Source: Rubrivivax sp. (GTDB lineage: Bacteria; Pseudomonadota; Gammaproteobacteria; Burkholderiales; Burkholderiaceae_C). From it: a DNA stretch of 64,000 nucleotides. The position numbers and the translations under genes were made by a program. Positions 1 through 10,740 of the stretch are shown here, piece by piece. The stretch covers positions 287 through 64,286 of the forward strand of contig JBGAKY010000033.1 of NCBI GenBank assembly GCA_044224175.1, read 5' to 3'. Every line of letters starts with the position of its first letter. Position 1 is the stretch's first letter. Below the pieces are notes generated by a model. It made no database searches, had not been told where the DNA came from, and was given only the letters and a program-made list of their open reading frames with translations.

Positions 1-907
1 CGGGCCCTGTGGGTGGGCACCTCGGCCGGCGTGCACGAGGTCGACCTGGGCAGCGGCAAGCTGCGCAACACCTTCACGCGCAAGGAAGGGCTGGCCAACG
101 AGTACGTCTTCGCCGTCGGCATCGACCGCGACGGCAACAAGTGGTTCGGCACCAACGCCGGCGGGGTGTCGCGCTACAAGGACGGCAAGTGGAAGACCTT
201 CTTCCCGATGCACGGCCTGGCCGACTACTGGATCTACTCCTTCGCCCAGCAGAAGAACGGCGACTTCTGGATCGGCACCTGGGCCGGCGTGAACAAGCTC
301 TCGACGCGAAGGCGGCAAGTTCAAGACCTACGTGAAGGAACTGGTCAACGAGTGGGTCTACGGCATCGCCGTCGACGCGCTGGACCGCGTCTGGTTCGGC
401 ACCGAAGGCGGCGTGTCGATGTTCGACGGCCGCAAGTGGAAATCGTGGACCCACAAGGACGGGCTGGGCGCCCCCAACAGCGACAACCTGCCCGCCAGCA
501 CCAACACCGGCCTGGGCACGCGCTCGCGGCACGACCTGTCGGTGAGCACCGAAGGCCCCGCCACCTACAACCCCAACTACGTGTTCTCGATCCTGCACGC
601 GGCCGACGGCAGCATCTGGGCCGGCACCTGGGGCGGCGGCGCGGCGCGCTGGGACGGCAAGGCCTGGAGCAACCTCAGGACGCTCGACGGGCTCGCGGCA
701 ACATCGTCTACAGCGTCGCACAGGACCACGAGGGCGGCATCTGGTTCGGCACCAACAACGGCGTCTCGCGCTACGACGGCAAGCGCTTCAAGACCCTCGG
801 CATGAAGGAGGGCCTGCTCGAGCGCAACGTCTACGCGATCGCGGTGGCCCCCGATGGCGACGTCTGGGTCGGCACGCGCAAAGGCGTGGCGCGCATCGCG
901 CAAGTAG
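1..907 (+). CDS. Two-component regulator propeller (Reg_prop-type) beta-propeller protein, 5' partial, frameshifted
   Basis: Repeated blades WFGTNAGGVSRY, WIGTWAGV, WFGTEGGVSMF, WAGTWGGGAARW, WFGTNNGVSRY, WVGTRKGV spread over ORFs 13..1947 and 332..805. Frame switches near 300 and 690; probable stop TAG near 905-907. Confidence 0.75.
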
Positions 908-925
908 GCAGCCGCGAAGCGGACG

Positions 926-2173
926 ATGAAACGCATCATGGCGTTCAACTTCAAGGTGGCGCCGGCCTCGTGGCCGTCGGCATTGGCGCGGCTCTGGCCG
1001 GCGCCTACCAGATGGGGCGCAGCAGCGGCGCGGACGGCTGCGCCGCCGGCGGCGCCGCGGCACGCACGTCACGCAGGCCGGCGCCGCACGGCCGGTGCCG
1101 GCCGGTCGGCGCCGCCGGCCGAGGCGCGCGCGAAGGCAAGCTCGCTCCGGACCCGTCGCAGAAGTTCACCCACTTCCGCGTCGGCAACAAGAACGTCAAG
1201 CGCATCTACGTCGACGGCGACACGGTCTGGGTGGGCACCTCGGGCGGCGCGGTGCGCTACGACACCCGCAGCGACGAGTACAAGCTCTTCGACGTGAAGA
1301 GCGGGCTGCTGTCCAACGGCGTGTTCCACGTCGGCAAGATCGACGGCCGGATCGTCATCGGCACCTACGGCGGCGGCATGCTGCTGCTCGACCCCAGAAG
1401 ACGCAGACGTGGAGACCCTCAACATCCCCGAGGGCCTGGGCGACGCCTTCGTCTACGACGTGCTCAGGGCGAAGAACGGCGACATCTGGATCGCCACCTG
1501 GTCCGGCGTGAACCGCGTGCGCGGCGGCGACCTGAAGGACCGCTCGAAGTGGAACTGCACACGGTGGAGAGCACCAAGGGCGGCCTGCCCAACGACTGGG
1601 TGTACGGGCTGGCCGAGGGCAGGAACGGCGACATCTGGCTCGGCACCGAGGGCGGGCTGGCCCTGTTCCAGGAAGGCAAGTGGCAGAACTGGAACCATGC
1701 CAAGGGCTGGGCGCGCCCTATGAACGCGTCAAGGACCACATCCAGTACAGCAACGACCCGCTGTCCAAGGTGTCGCAGCACCACGCCAAGCAGAAGCAGG
1801 AGATGGGGCTCGAGAACGTCGACGTCGCCTACAACCCCAACTACATCGTCTCGATGGTCGTCGACGCCGACGGCGTGGTCTGGGCGGGCACCTGGGGCGG
1901 CGGGTTGTCGCGCTACGACGGCCAGCCTCGGAAGGCCTACACGGTGAGCGAGGGCTGCCGGGCAACCACGTGTTCATGCTCAGCATCGACCCCAAGGGCC
2001 GGCTCTGGATCGGCACCAACAACGGACTGGCGCGCAAGAACGGCGAGAAGTTCGAGGTCATGACCACCAACGACGGCCTCTTCAACAACACCGTGTTCTC
2101 GATGGGCACGGCGCGAGACGGCACGCTGTGGGTGGGCAGCTTCGGCGGCGTGGCCAAGATCAAACCGTCGTGA
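926..2173 (+). CDS. Second stand-alone regulator-propeller protein with N-terminal hydrophobic segment, frameshifted
   Basis: Pieced from ORFs 926.., 13..1947, 1409..1723, 1680..2063 and 1970..2173. Blades WVGTSGG, IGTYGGG, WIATWSG, WLGTEGG, WAGTWGGG, WIGTNNG, WVGSFGG; ends AKIKPS-TGA at 2173. Confidence 0.75.
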
Positions 2174-2188
2174 TGCCCGCATGACGCG

Positions 2189-4930
<2,742 letters not shown>

Positions 4931-4931
4931 G

Positions 4932-6014
4932 GTGGCTCCCCCCCGAAGCGCCTTCGGCGCTCCCCCCCAGGGGGGCGCCGCCAGCGGACCGGCAGAGCCG
5001 GATCCGCGGCGGCCGCTCGAAGGCGCCGGGCTTCGCCGGCGGTCGGTGCTGGCGGTGGCGGCCGGGGCCGTCGTGCTGCCGGCCGAGGCGTCGGCGATGG
5101 CGCACGAACGGCGGTTCCTCTTCGGCTCGCCGCTCGACCTGGTGCTGCCGGCCGCGGCCAGCGCCGCGCGCGACGCGGTGCTGCACGACCTGGAGTCGAT
5201 GAACGCGCGCTGGAACGCCTGGAAGCCGGGCGAGCTGACGGCGCTGAACACCGCCTTCGCCGCCGGCCGCAGCGCCAGCGCGTCGCCGCTGCTGGCGACC
5301 ACGCTGCGGGCGGCGCAGGGGCTAGAAGAACGGTCCTTCGGCCTGTTCAACCCTGCCATCGGCGGCCTGGTCGGGGCCTGGGGATTCCACGCCGACGAAC
5401 TTCGCGACGGGCCCGCGCCTTCGCGCGCGGCGCTCGAAGGCCGCCTGGCCACACGGCCCAGCCTGGCGCAGCTGGAATGGCGCGGCACCGAAGTGCGCAG
5501 CCTCAACCCGGCGCTGCAACTGGACCTGGGGGCCTACGCGAAGGGTGTCGCCATCGACCAGGCCTTCGCGGAACTGCGCCGCCGCGGTGTGCGCGACGCG
5601 ATGCTCAACCTGGGCGGCAACCTGGCGGCGATGGGGCGCGTCGACGGCCGCCCCTGGCGCGTCGGCATCCGCGACCCGCAGGGGCCGGGGCTGGTGGCGG
5701 TGGTCGAGACCACTGGCGAGGCGGTCGTCACCTCCGGCAGCTACGAACGCTGGCGCCTGGCCGACGGCGAGCGCCGCACCCACCTCCTGGACCCCGGCAC
5801 CGGCGTGCCGGCGAACGACATGGTGAGCGTGACCGTGGTCCACGTCTCGGCCGCGCTGGCCGATGCCGCCGCCACCGCGCTGCTGGTGGCCGGCCCGGCG
5901 CGCTGGCAGCGCGTGGCCGAACGGATGGGGGTGGACCAGGTGCTGCTCATCGACCGCCACGGCCGCCAGCAGGCGACGCCGCGGCTGGCGCGCCGGCTGC
6001 AGCGCGCGGGCTGA
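4932..6014 (+). CDS. apbE: FAD:protein FMN transferase (ApbE family) with Tat-like signal; start uncertain
   Basis: Motifs FNPAIGGLVGAWGF, LDLGAYAKG, MLNLGGN, VVTSGSYE, HLLDPGTG, SVTVV, ADAAATAL; RRRSVLAVAAG..AEA twin-arginine-like leader. Confidence 0.9.
   Translation: MAPPRSAFGAPPQGGAASGPAEPDPRRPLEGAGLRRRSVLAVAAGAVVLPAEASAMAHERRFLFGSPLDLVLPAAASAARDAVLHDLESMNARWNAWKPGELTALNTAFAAGRSASASPLLATTLRAAQGLEERSFGLFNPAIGGLVGAWGFHADELRDGPAPSRAALEGRLATRPSLAQLEWRGTEVRSLNPALQLDLGAYAKGVAIDQAFAELRRRGVRDAMLNLGGNLAAMGRVDGRPWRVGIRDPQGPGLVAVVETTGEAVVTSGSYERWRLADGERRTHLLDPGTGVPANDMVSVTVVHVSAALADAAATALLVAGPARWQRVAERMGVDQVLLIDRHGRQQATPRLARRLQRAG
4938..5017. repeat. REP-like palindromic element (three consecutive hairpins)
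   Basis: AGCGCC-ttc-GGCGCT (4947-4961), CCCCCC-a-GGGGGG (4963-4975), GCGGA-CCGGC-aga-GCCGG-a-TCCGC (4984-5007), immediately after the kinase stop. Single copy in this window. Confidence 0.5.
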
Positions 6015-6079
6015 GGCCGCGTGCCGGCGGTCACGCCGCCGGCGCTACGGAACGCGGCGGGGCGGCCGATATCGGGGCC

Positions 6080-6406
6080 ATGGGCCCCCGAACCGCCGCC
6101 TGCAGCCTGCTGCTGGCCACCCTTGCACTGCCGTGCGCGGCCGCGCCGCAATGGCGCTGCACGCTGTCCAGCGACCTGATCCAGCTCGTCTGCGACGCAC
6201 AGGCGCCTGAAGACGAGGCCGCCACGGTCGCCGTCGTCAACGGCACCCGCTTCCCGCTGGACACTCGCCGCCGCTGGGTGGTGGACCTTTGGAGTCCGCC
6301 CAGCGAACTGGCTTCGCTGGAGCACCTGGCGCGCGCCACCATGTGCTACCGCACGCCGGGCTGCCAGGTGCAGGTGGACGTGCCCTACCTGGCGGCCCGC
6401 CGCTAG
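6080..6406 (+). CDS. Small exported Cys-containing hypothetical protein
   Basis: ATG 6080; hydrophobic leader SLLLATLALPCAAA; mature part with 4 Cys; directly follows apbE. Confidence 0.6.
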   Translation: MGPRTAACSLLLATLALPCAAAPQWRCTLSSDLIQLVCDAQAPEDEAATVAVVNGTRFPLDTRRRWVVDLWSPPSELASLEHLARATMCYRTPGCQVQVDVPYLAARR

Positions 6407-6409
6407 CCT

Positions 6410-7906
6410 TCAGCCCAGGCGGATCGGCACGAAGATCCGCTCGCCGTCGCGCCAGACCAGCAGCGCCACGTTGCGCGGCTTGCCCTTCATCACGCCCTTC
6501 ACCTGCTCGACGCTCTGCACCGGCTGGCCGTTGATGGCCAACAGCACGTCGCCCGCGGTGACGCCGGCGCGGGCGGCCGGGCCGGCGGCGTCTTCCACCA
6601 CCAGGCCGCCGTCCACGCGCGCCTCGCGGCGTTCGGCGCTGGTGAGCGGCCGCAGCGCCAGGCCGAGCTGGCCGCCGCCGACGGCTTCGCTGTTTTCCTC
6701 GGCCTGCGCCACCTTGCTGTCGGCGCTGCCGAGCTTGACCTCGATCTCGCGCGAGGACTTGTCGCGCCAGACCTCCAGCTTGACCTTGTCACCCGGCGCC
6801 GAAAGGCCGATCAGGCTGGACAGCTGGCCCGAGCGCTCGACCGTCTCGCCGTTGACCTTCGTCACCACGTCACCCGGCTTCAGGCCGGCCGCGGCGGCGG
6901 CGCTGTCGGGCGCCACGTTGGCCACCAGCGCGCCGTCGGGTCTGGGCAGGCCGAAGCTTTCGGCCAGGCCCTGGTTCAGGTCCTGCACGGTGACGCCCAG
7001 GCGCGCATGGCTGGCCTTGCCGGTGGCGACGATCTGGCTCTTCACCTTCAGCGCCACGTCGATGGGGATCGCGAAGCTCAGGCCCTGGAAGCCGCCGCTC
7101 TGTGAATAGATCTGCGCGTTGATGCCGACCACGGCGCCGCTGCCGTCGAACAGCGGCCCGCCGGAGTTGCCGGGGTTCACGGCGGCGTCGGTCTGGATGA
7201 AGGGCACCACCGCGTCGCCGGGCAGCGAACGGCCCTTGGCGCTGACGATGCCGCTGGTGGCCGTCTGCTCGAAGCCGTAGGGCGAGCCGATCGCCATCAC
7301 CGGGTCACCCACCGCCAGCCGCTTGGGGTCGCCCAGGCGCACCACGGGCAGGCCCTTGGCGTCGATCTTCAGCACCGCGATGTCGGTGGCGGGGTCGCTG
7401 CCCAGCACCTTGGCCGAGAACTCGCGCCGGTCACTGAGCTTGACGGTCACTTCCTTGGCTTCGCGCACCACGTGGGCGTTGGTCAGGATCAGGCCGTCGG
7501 CGCTGATGATGAAGCCCGACCCCTGGCCGCGGAACGGCACCGAAGGCGCGGGGCCGCGGCGCTGCTGGAAGCCGGGCATGCCGCGGAAGAACTGGAAGAA
7601 GGGGTCGCTGTCGACCGAGGGGCCATCGTCGCCCTCGCGGCCGGTCTTGTGCATGCCTTCGACCGTGATGCCGACGACGGCAGGCGCCGACTGGCGGAAG
7701 ATGGCGCGGTAGTCGGGGATCTGGCCCTGCGCCGGGATCATCGGCACCGCGGCCGGTGCAGCGGTCTCGGCGGTGGCCACGACGGCGGGCTTGTCGGCGT
7801 TCCTGCTGCCCGGCTGCAGCCAGGAAGGCAGGCTGAAGGCGCCGGCGGCGCCGCCGCCGAGCAGGCCGCCCGCGACGAGGGCGGCGACCAGGGGCTTGGT
7901 GTTCAT
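6410..7906 (-). CDS. HtrA/DegP-DegQ (Do family) serine endoprotease with two PDZ domains
   Basis: GSGFIIS, LTNAHVV, TDIAVLKI, IQTDAAVNPGNSGGPL catalytic motifs; signal peptide from ATG 7906. Confidence 0.95.
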   Translation of the reverse strand: MNTKPLVAALVAGGLLGGGAAGAFSLPSWLQPGSRNADKPAVVATAETAAPAAVPMIPAQGQIPDYRAIFRQSAPAVVGITVEGMHKTGREGDDGPSVDSDPFFQFFRGMPGFQQRRGPAPSVPFRGQGSGFIISADGLILTNAHVVREAKEVTVKLSDRREFSAKVLGSDPATDIAVLKIDAKGLPVVRLGDPKRLAVGDPVMAIGSPYGFEQTATSGIVSAKGRSLPGDAVVPFIQTDAAVNPGNSGGPLFDGSGAVVGINAQIYSQSGGFQGLSFAIPIDVALKVKSQIVATGKASHARLGVTVQDLNQGLAESFGLPRPDGALVANVAPDSAAAAAGLKPGDVVTKVNGETVERSGQLSSLIGLSAPGDKVKLEVWRDKSSREIEVKLGSADSKVAQAEENSEAVGGGQLGLALRPLTSAERREARVDGGLVVEDAAGPAARAGVTAGDVLLAINGQPVQSVEQVKGVMKGKPRNVALLVWRDGERIFVPIRLG

Positions 7907-7987
7907 GGAGGGCTCCTTGCGGGATGTCATGCCCTGCAAGGTAAGCCCCCCCGATGAGGCCTGCGTGAGCCTTCGATGAAGCGAGGA

Positions 7988-9289
7988 TTAGGCCGCCGGA
8001 AAACGCACCGTCGCGCGCAGCCCGCCCAGCGGCGATTCGCCCAGCGTCACCGTCGCGCCATGCCGCTGCGCCACCGTGCGCACCAGCGCCAGGCCGAGGC
8101 CGCTGCCGTCGCCCTGGCTGGGGTCGCGGCGGTAGAAGCGGTCGAAGACGCGTTCGCGGTCCTCGGGCGGGATGCCGGGACCGGCGTCGTCGACCACCAG
8201 CACCGGCGTGCCGTCCTGCACGAGCGCGCGCACCTCCACGCGCGTGCCGCCGGGGGCGTAGCGGACCGCGTTGTCGACCAGGTTGCGCACCAGCACCGTC
8301 AACGACGCGGCGTCGCCCGAAAGCGGCACCGGTTGGGCGGCCTGCAGGTCGAGCTCGGTGCCCTTGGCCAGCGCCAGCGGCACGGTGGCGGCGAGCGCGT
8401 GGCGCGCGATCTCGGACAGATCGACTGCTGTCCTGGGCAGCGGCGGCGCGCCGGGTTCGTTGCGCGCCAGCGCCAGCAGCTGTTCCACCAGCCAGGCGGT
8501 GCGCTCGATGCCTTCGCCAAGCGACTTCACGGCGGCGGCCCGCGTGCCGCCGTCTTCGGCCCGCTCCAGCAGGCGCAACTGCAGCTTCAGCGCCGTGAGC
8601 GGCGAGCGCAGTTCGTGCGCGGCGTCGGCGACGAAGGCGCGCTGGCGGTCCAGGCTCTGCGACAGGCGCGCCAGCAGCGCGTTCAGCGCACGCACCAGCG
8701 GCGCCAGTTCTTCGGGCAGGGCGGCTTCGGGCAGCGGCGCCAGCGACTCCGCGTCGCGCTCGCGCACGGCCTGGGCTACCCGGGCCAGCGGGCGCAGCGC
8801 GCGCGCCGCCACCCACCACATCACCAGCGCCAGCAGCGGCGCCACCGCGGCCAGCGGGGCCACCGCATGCAGGGCGGCGTCGGCGGCCAGCCGGCGGCGG
8901 ATCTGGCGCGGCTGCGCGACCTGGATCACGCGCGTGCCGGTCTGCACGCTGAAGGTGCGCCAGGCCTGGCCGCCGGCCGTGATGTCGGCAAAGCCCAGCA
9001 GCGCGCGGCTGGGCAGCTCCTCGTGCCGGCGCGAGGCATAGATGGCGCGGCCGTCGGCGCTCCAGATCTGGATCACGAAGTCCAGCGTCTCGTCGGCCAG
9101 CGCGCCGGCCTGGTCGGGGGCGATCTCGCCCTGGTCGCGCAGCGAGAGCGCCATCTGGCGCAGCTGGTAGTCGAACAGGGTCTCGGTCTCGGCCAGCACG
9201 TTGCGGTAGGTGACGCCCCCCATGGCCAGCGCGGCCGCCGCCAGCAACGCCATCAGCAGCGCCAGCAGGCGCGCGCGGATGGAGTTCAT
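7988..9289 (-). CDS. QseC/PmrB-like sensor histidine kinase
   Basis: Two TM helices, HAMP, FVADAAHELRSPL, NLVDNAVRY, DAGPGI, GSGLGL. Confidence 0.92.
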   Translation of the reverse strand: MNSIRARLLALLMALLAAAALAMGGVTYRNVLAETETLFDYQLRQMALSLRDQGEIAPDQAGALADETLDFVIQIWSADGRAIYASRRHEELPSRALLGFADITAGGQAWRTFSVQTGTRVIQVAQPRQIRRRLAADAALHAVAPLAAVAPLLALVMWWVAARALRPLARVAQAVRERDAESLAPLPEAALPEELAPLVRALNALLARLSQSLDRQRAFVADAAHELRSPLTALKLQLRLLERAEDGGTRAAAVKSLGEGIERTAWLVEQLLALARNEPGAPPLPRTAVDLSEIARHALAATVPLALAKGTELDLQAAQPVPLSGDAASLTVLVRNLVDNAVRYAPGGTRVEVRALVQDGTPVLVVDDAGPGIPPEDRERVFDRFYRRDPSQGDGSGLGLALVRTVAQRHGATVTLGESPLGGLRATVRFPAA

Positions 9290-9347
9290 CAGGCGTCCCT
9301 GCGCGCTGCGCGCTTCGGGATGCGCGCTGGGGAGCGGCCCGGCGCGC

Positions 9348-10025
9348 TCATGCCGGAGCGAGGAAGTAGCCCACGCCGCGCATGTTGCGGATGAAGTCGG
9401 CCCCCAGCTTGCGCCGCAGCTGCAGCACGTAGACCGAGACGGCGTTGCTCTCCACCGCTTCGCCCCAGCCGTAGAGCCGGTCTTCCAGCTGGGCGCGCGA
9501 GAGCACCGCGCCCGGGCGCTGCATCAGCGCTTCCAGGACCGCGAATTCGCGCGCCGACAGCATGACCGGCTGTCCGTGCAGGGTGACCTGGCGCGTCGCC
9601 GGGTCCAGCGTCACGCCGGCATGGCTGAGCACCGGTTCGGCGCGCCCACCCTGGCGGCGCATGACGGCACGGATGCGCGCGTTCAGCTCGTCCAGCTCGA
9701 AGGGCTTGACCAGGTAGTCGTCGGCGCCGCTGTCCAGGCCCTTCACGCGGTCGCCGGCGGCGTCGCGCGCGGTGAGCACGATCACCGGCGTGGCGTCGCG
9801 GCGGGCGCGCAGTTCGCGCAGCACCGCCAGGCCGTCGGCCGGTTCGCCGCCGGGTGTGGCGGGCAGGCCCAGGTCCAGCAGCACCAGGTCGAAACGTTCG
9901 GTGGCCAGGCTGCCGCGCGCGGCCGCCACGTCGCGCACCCAGTCCACCGCATGGCCTTCCAGCTTGAGGGCGGCGCGCAGGCCCTCACCGATCATGCGGT
10001 CGTCTTCGACGAGCAACAGGCGCAT
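9348..10025 (-). CDS. OmpR-family (QseB/PmrA-like) response regulator
   Basis: MRLLLVEDD, LLDLGLP, GADDYLVKPF, wHTH IRNMRGVGY. Confidence 0.95.
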   Translation of the reverse strand: MRLLLVEDDRMIGEGLRAALKLEGHAVDWVRDVAAARGSLATERFDLVLLDLGLPATPGGEPADGLAVLRELRARRDATPVIVLTARDAAGDRVKGLDSGADDYLVKPFELDELNARIRAVMRRQGGRAEPVLSHAGVTLDPATRQVTLHGQPVMLSAREFAVLEALMQRPGAVLSRAQLEDRLYGWGEAVESNAVSVYVLQLRRKLGADFIRNMRGVGYFLAPA

Positions 10026-10104
10026 CGCCCAAGCATATCGGCGCCGGCGATGTGGCGGCCCTGTTGCGTTCAGGTTCGCGCAAACCCTAGATCTGGGCTC
10101 AAAC

Positions 10105-10148
10105 TGTCAGGCTCGCTTGACAAAGACAAACGTAAGGTAGAGATTACA
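10105..10148 (+). promoter_or_regulatory. puc promoter with tandem PpsR/CrtJ operator (TGT-N12-ACA) overlapping a sigma70 -35
   Basis: TGTCAGGCTCGCTTGACA (10105-10122, perfect TGTCA-N8-TGACA) and CGTAAGGTAGAGATTACA (10131-10148, one mismatch), 8 bp apart. TTGACA at 10117-10122 and a candidate -10 GAGATT 17 bp downstream. Confidence 0.8.
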
Positions 10149-10237
10149 TCGACCGGTACCAGTGGGGTACCTGCCGCAGTGCCCGCGTGCAGGGTTTGCA
10201 CGTAACGGAAGACAGCCCCTTTTCGAGAGGAGGGCCC

Positions 10238-10402
10238 ATGTCAGAAAGCAAGTCGGATCCCAACAAGGTTTGGCCCACAGGCTTCACCGAGGCGGAATCG
10301 GAAGAGATCCACCGGCACCTGATCCAGGGTACGCAGATCTTCGGGTTCATCGCCGTGTTGGCGCACCTGTTCGCCTACATCTACAGCCCCTGGCTGAAGT
10401 AG
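10238..10402 (+). CDS. pucB: LH2 light-harvesting antenna beta apoprotein
   Basis: MSESKSDPNKVWPTGFTEAESEEIH..GT.IF..AVLAHLFAYIYSPWLK: antenna-beta pattern with BChl His (AH) and PW; RBS GAGG. Confidence 0.93.
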   Translation: MSESKSDPNKVWPTGFTEAESEEIHRHLIQGTQIFGFIAVLAHLFAYIYSPWLK

Positions 10403-10417
10403 GTAGGAGTCACTCAC

Positions 10418-10645
10418 ATGATCTACGGAAAGATTTGGACTGTGGTGAAGCCGTCCGTCGGCATCCCCGTGTTCCTCGGCGCCGTCGCGGTCAGTTCGTT
10501 CCTGGTGCATTACATGCTCCTGACGCACACGACCTGGCTGCCGAAGTACTACGAGGGCAAGGCCACGAAGACGGCCGCCGTCGAGGCCCCCGCCTCGGTG
10601 GCGACTGCACCCACGACTACGCTCGTCGCGCAGGCGACCAGGTAG
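10418..10645 (+). CDS. pucA: LH2 light-harvesting antenna alpha apoprotein with Ala/Thr/Pro-rich C-terminal extension
   Basis: [26 protein letters not shown](+9)..Y(+13)Y(+14); RBS AGGAG. Confidence 0.93.
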   Translation: MIYGKIWTVVKPSVGIPVFLGAVAVSSFLVHYMLLTHTTWLPKYYEGKATKTAAVEAPASVATAPTTTLVAQATR

Positions 10646-10694
10646 TACCGCGCTCCCGCGGCACGGACCGGGTCATTGCGGCACGGTACCGGCC

Positions 10695-10731
10695 GTCGGG
10701 ACGCATTCCCCCACCGCGAATCCCGCCCGAC
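10695..10731 (+). terminator. Putative pucA-pucC intercistronic stem-loop
   Basis: GTCGGG/CCCGAC outer stem and ATTC/GAAT inner stem; no U-tract. Position matches known pucBA/pucC mRNA-segment control elements. Confidence 0.3.
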
Positions 10732-10740
10732 AGGCTTGCG

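Noticed and set aside
7969-7984. 16-mer GCCTTCGATGAAGCGA shared with 45528-45543
   Set aside because: Two copies only, one overlapping coding ends; a chance match is plausible in 64 kb.
10238-10645. LH1 pufBA assignment
   Set aside because: Followed by pucC rather than pufLM; the sequence pattern (KIW.VVKP, alpha Y+13/Y+14) is LH2-type.
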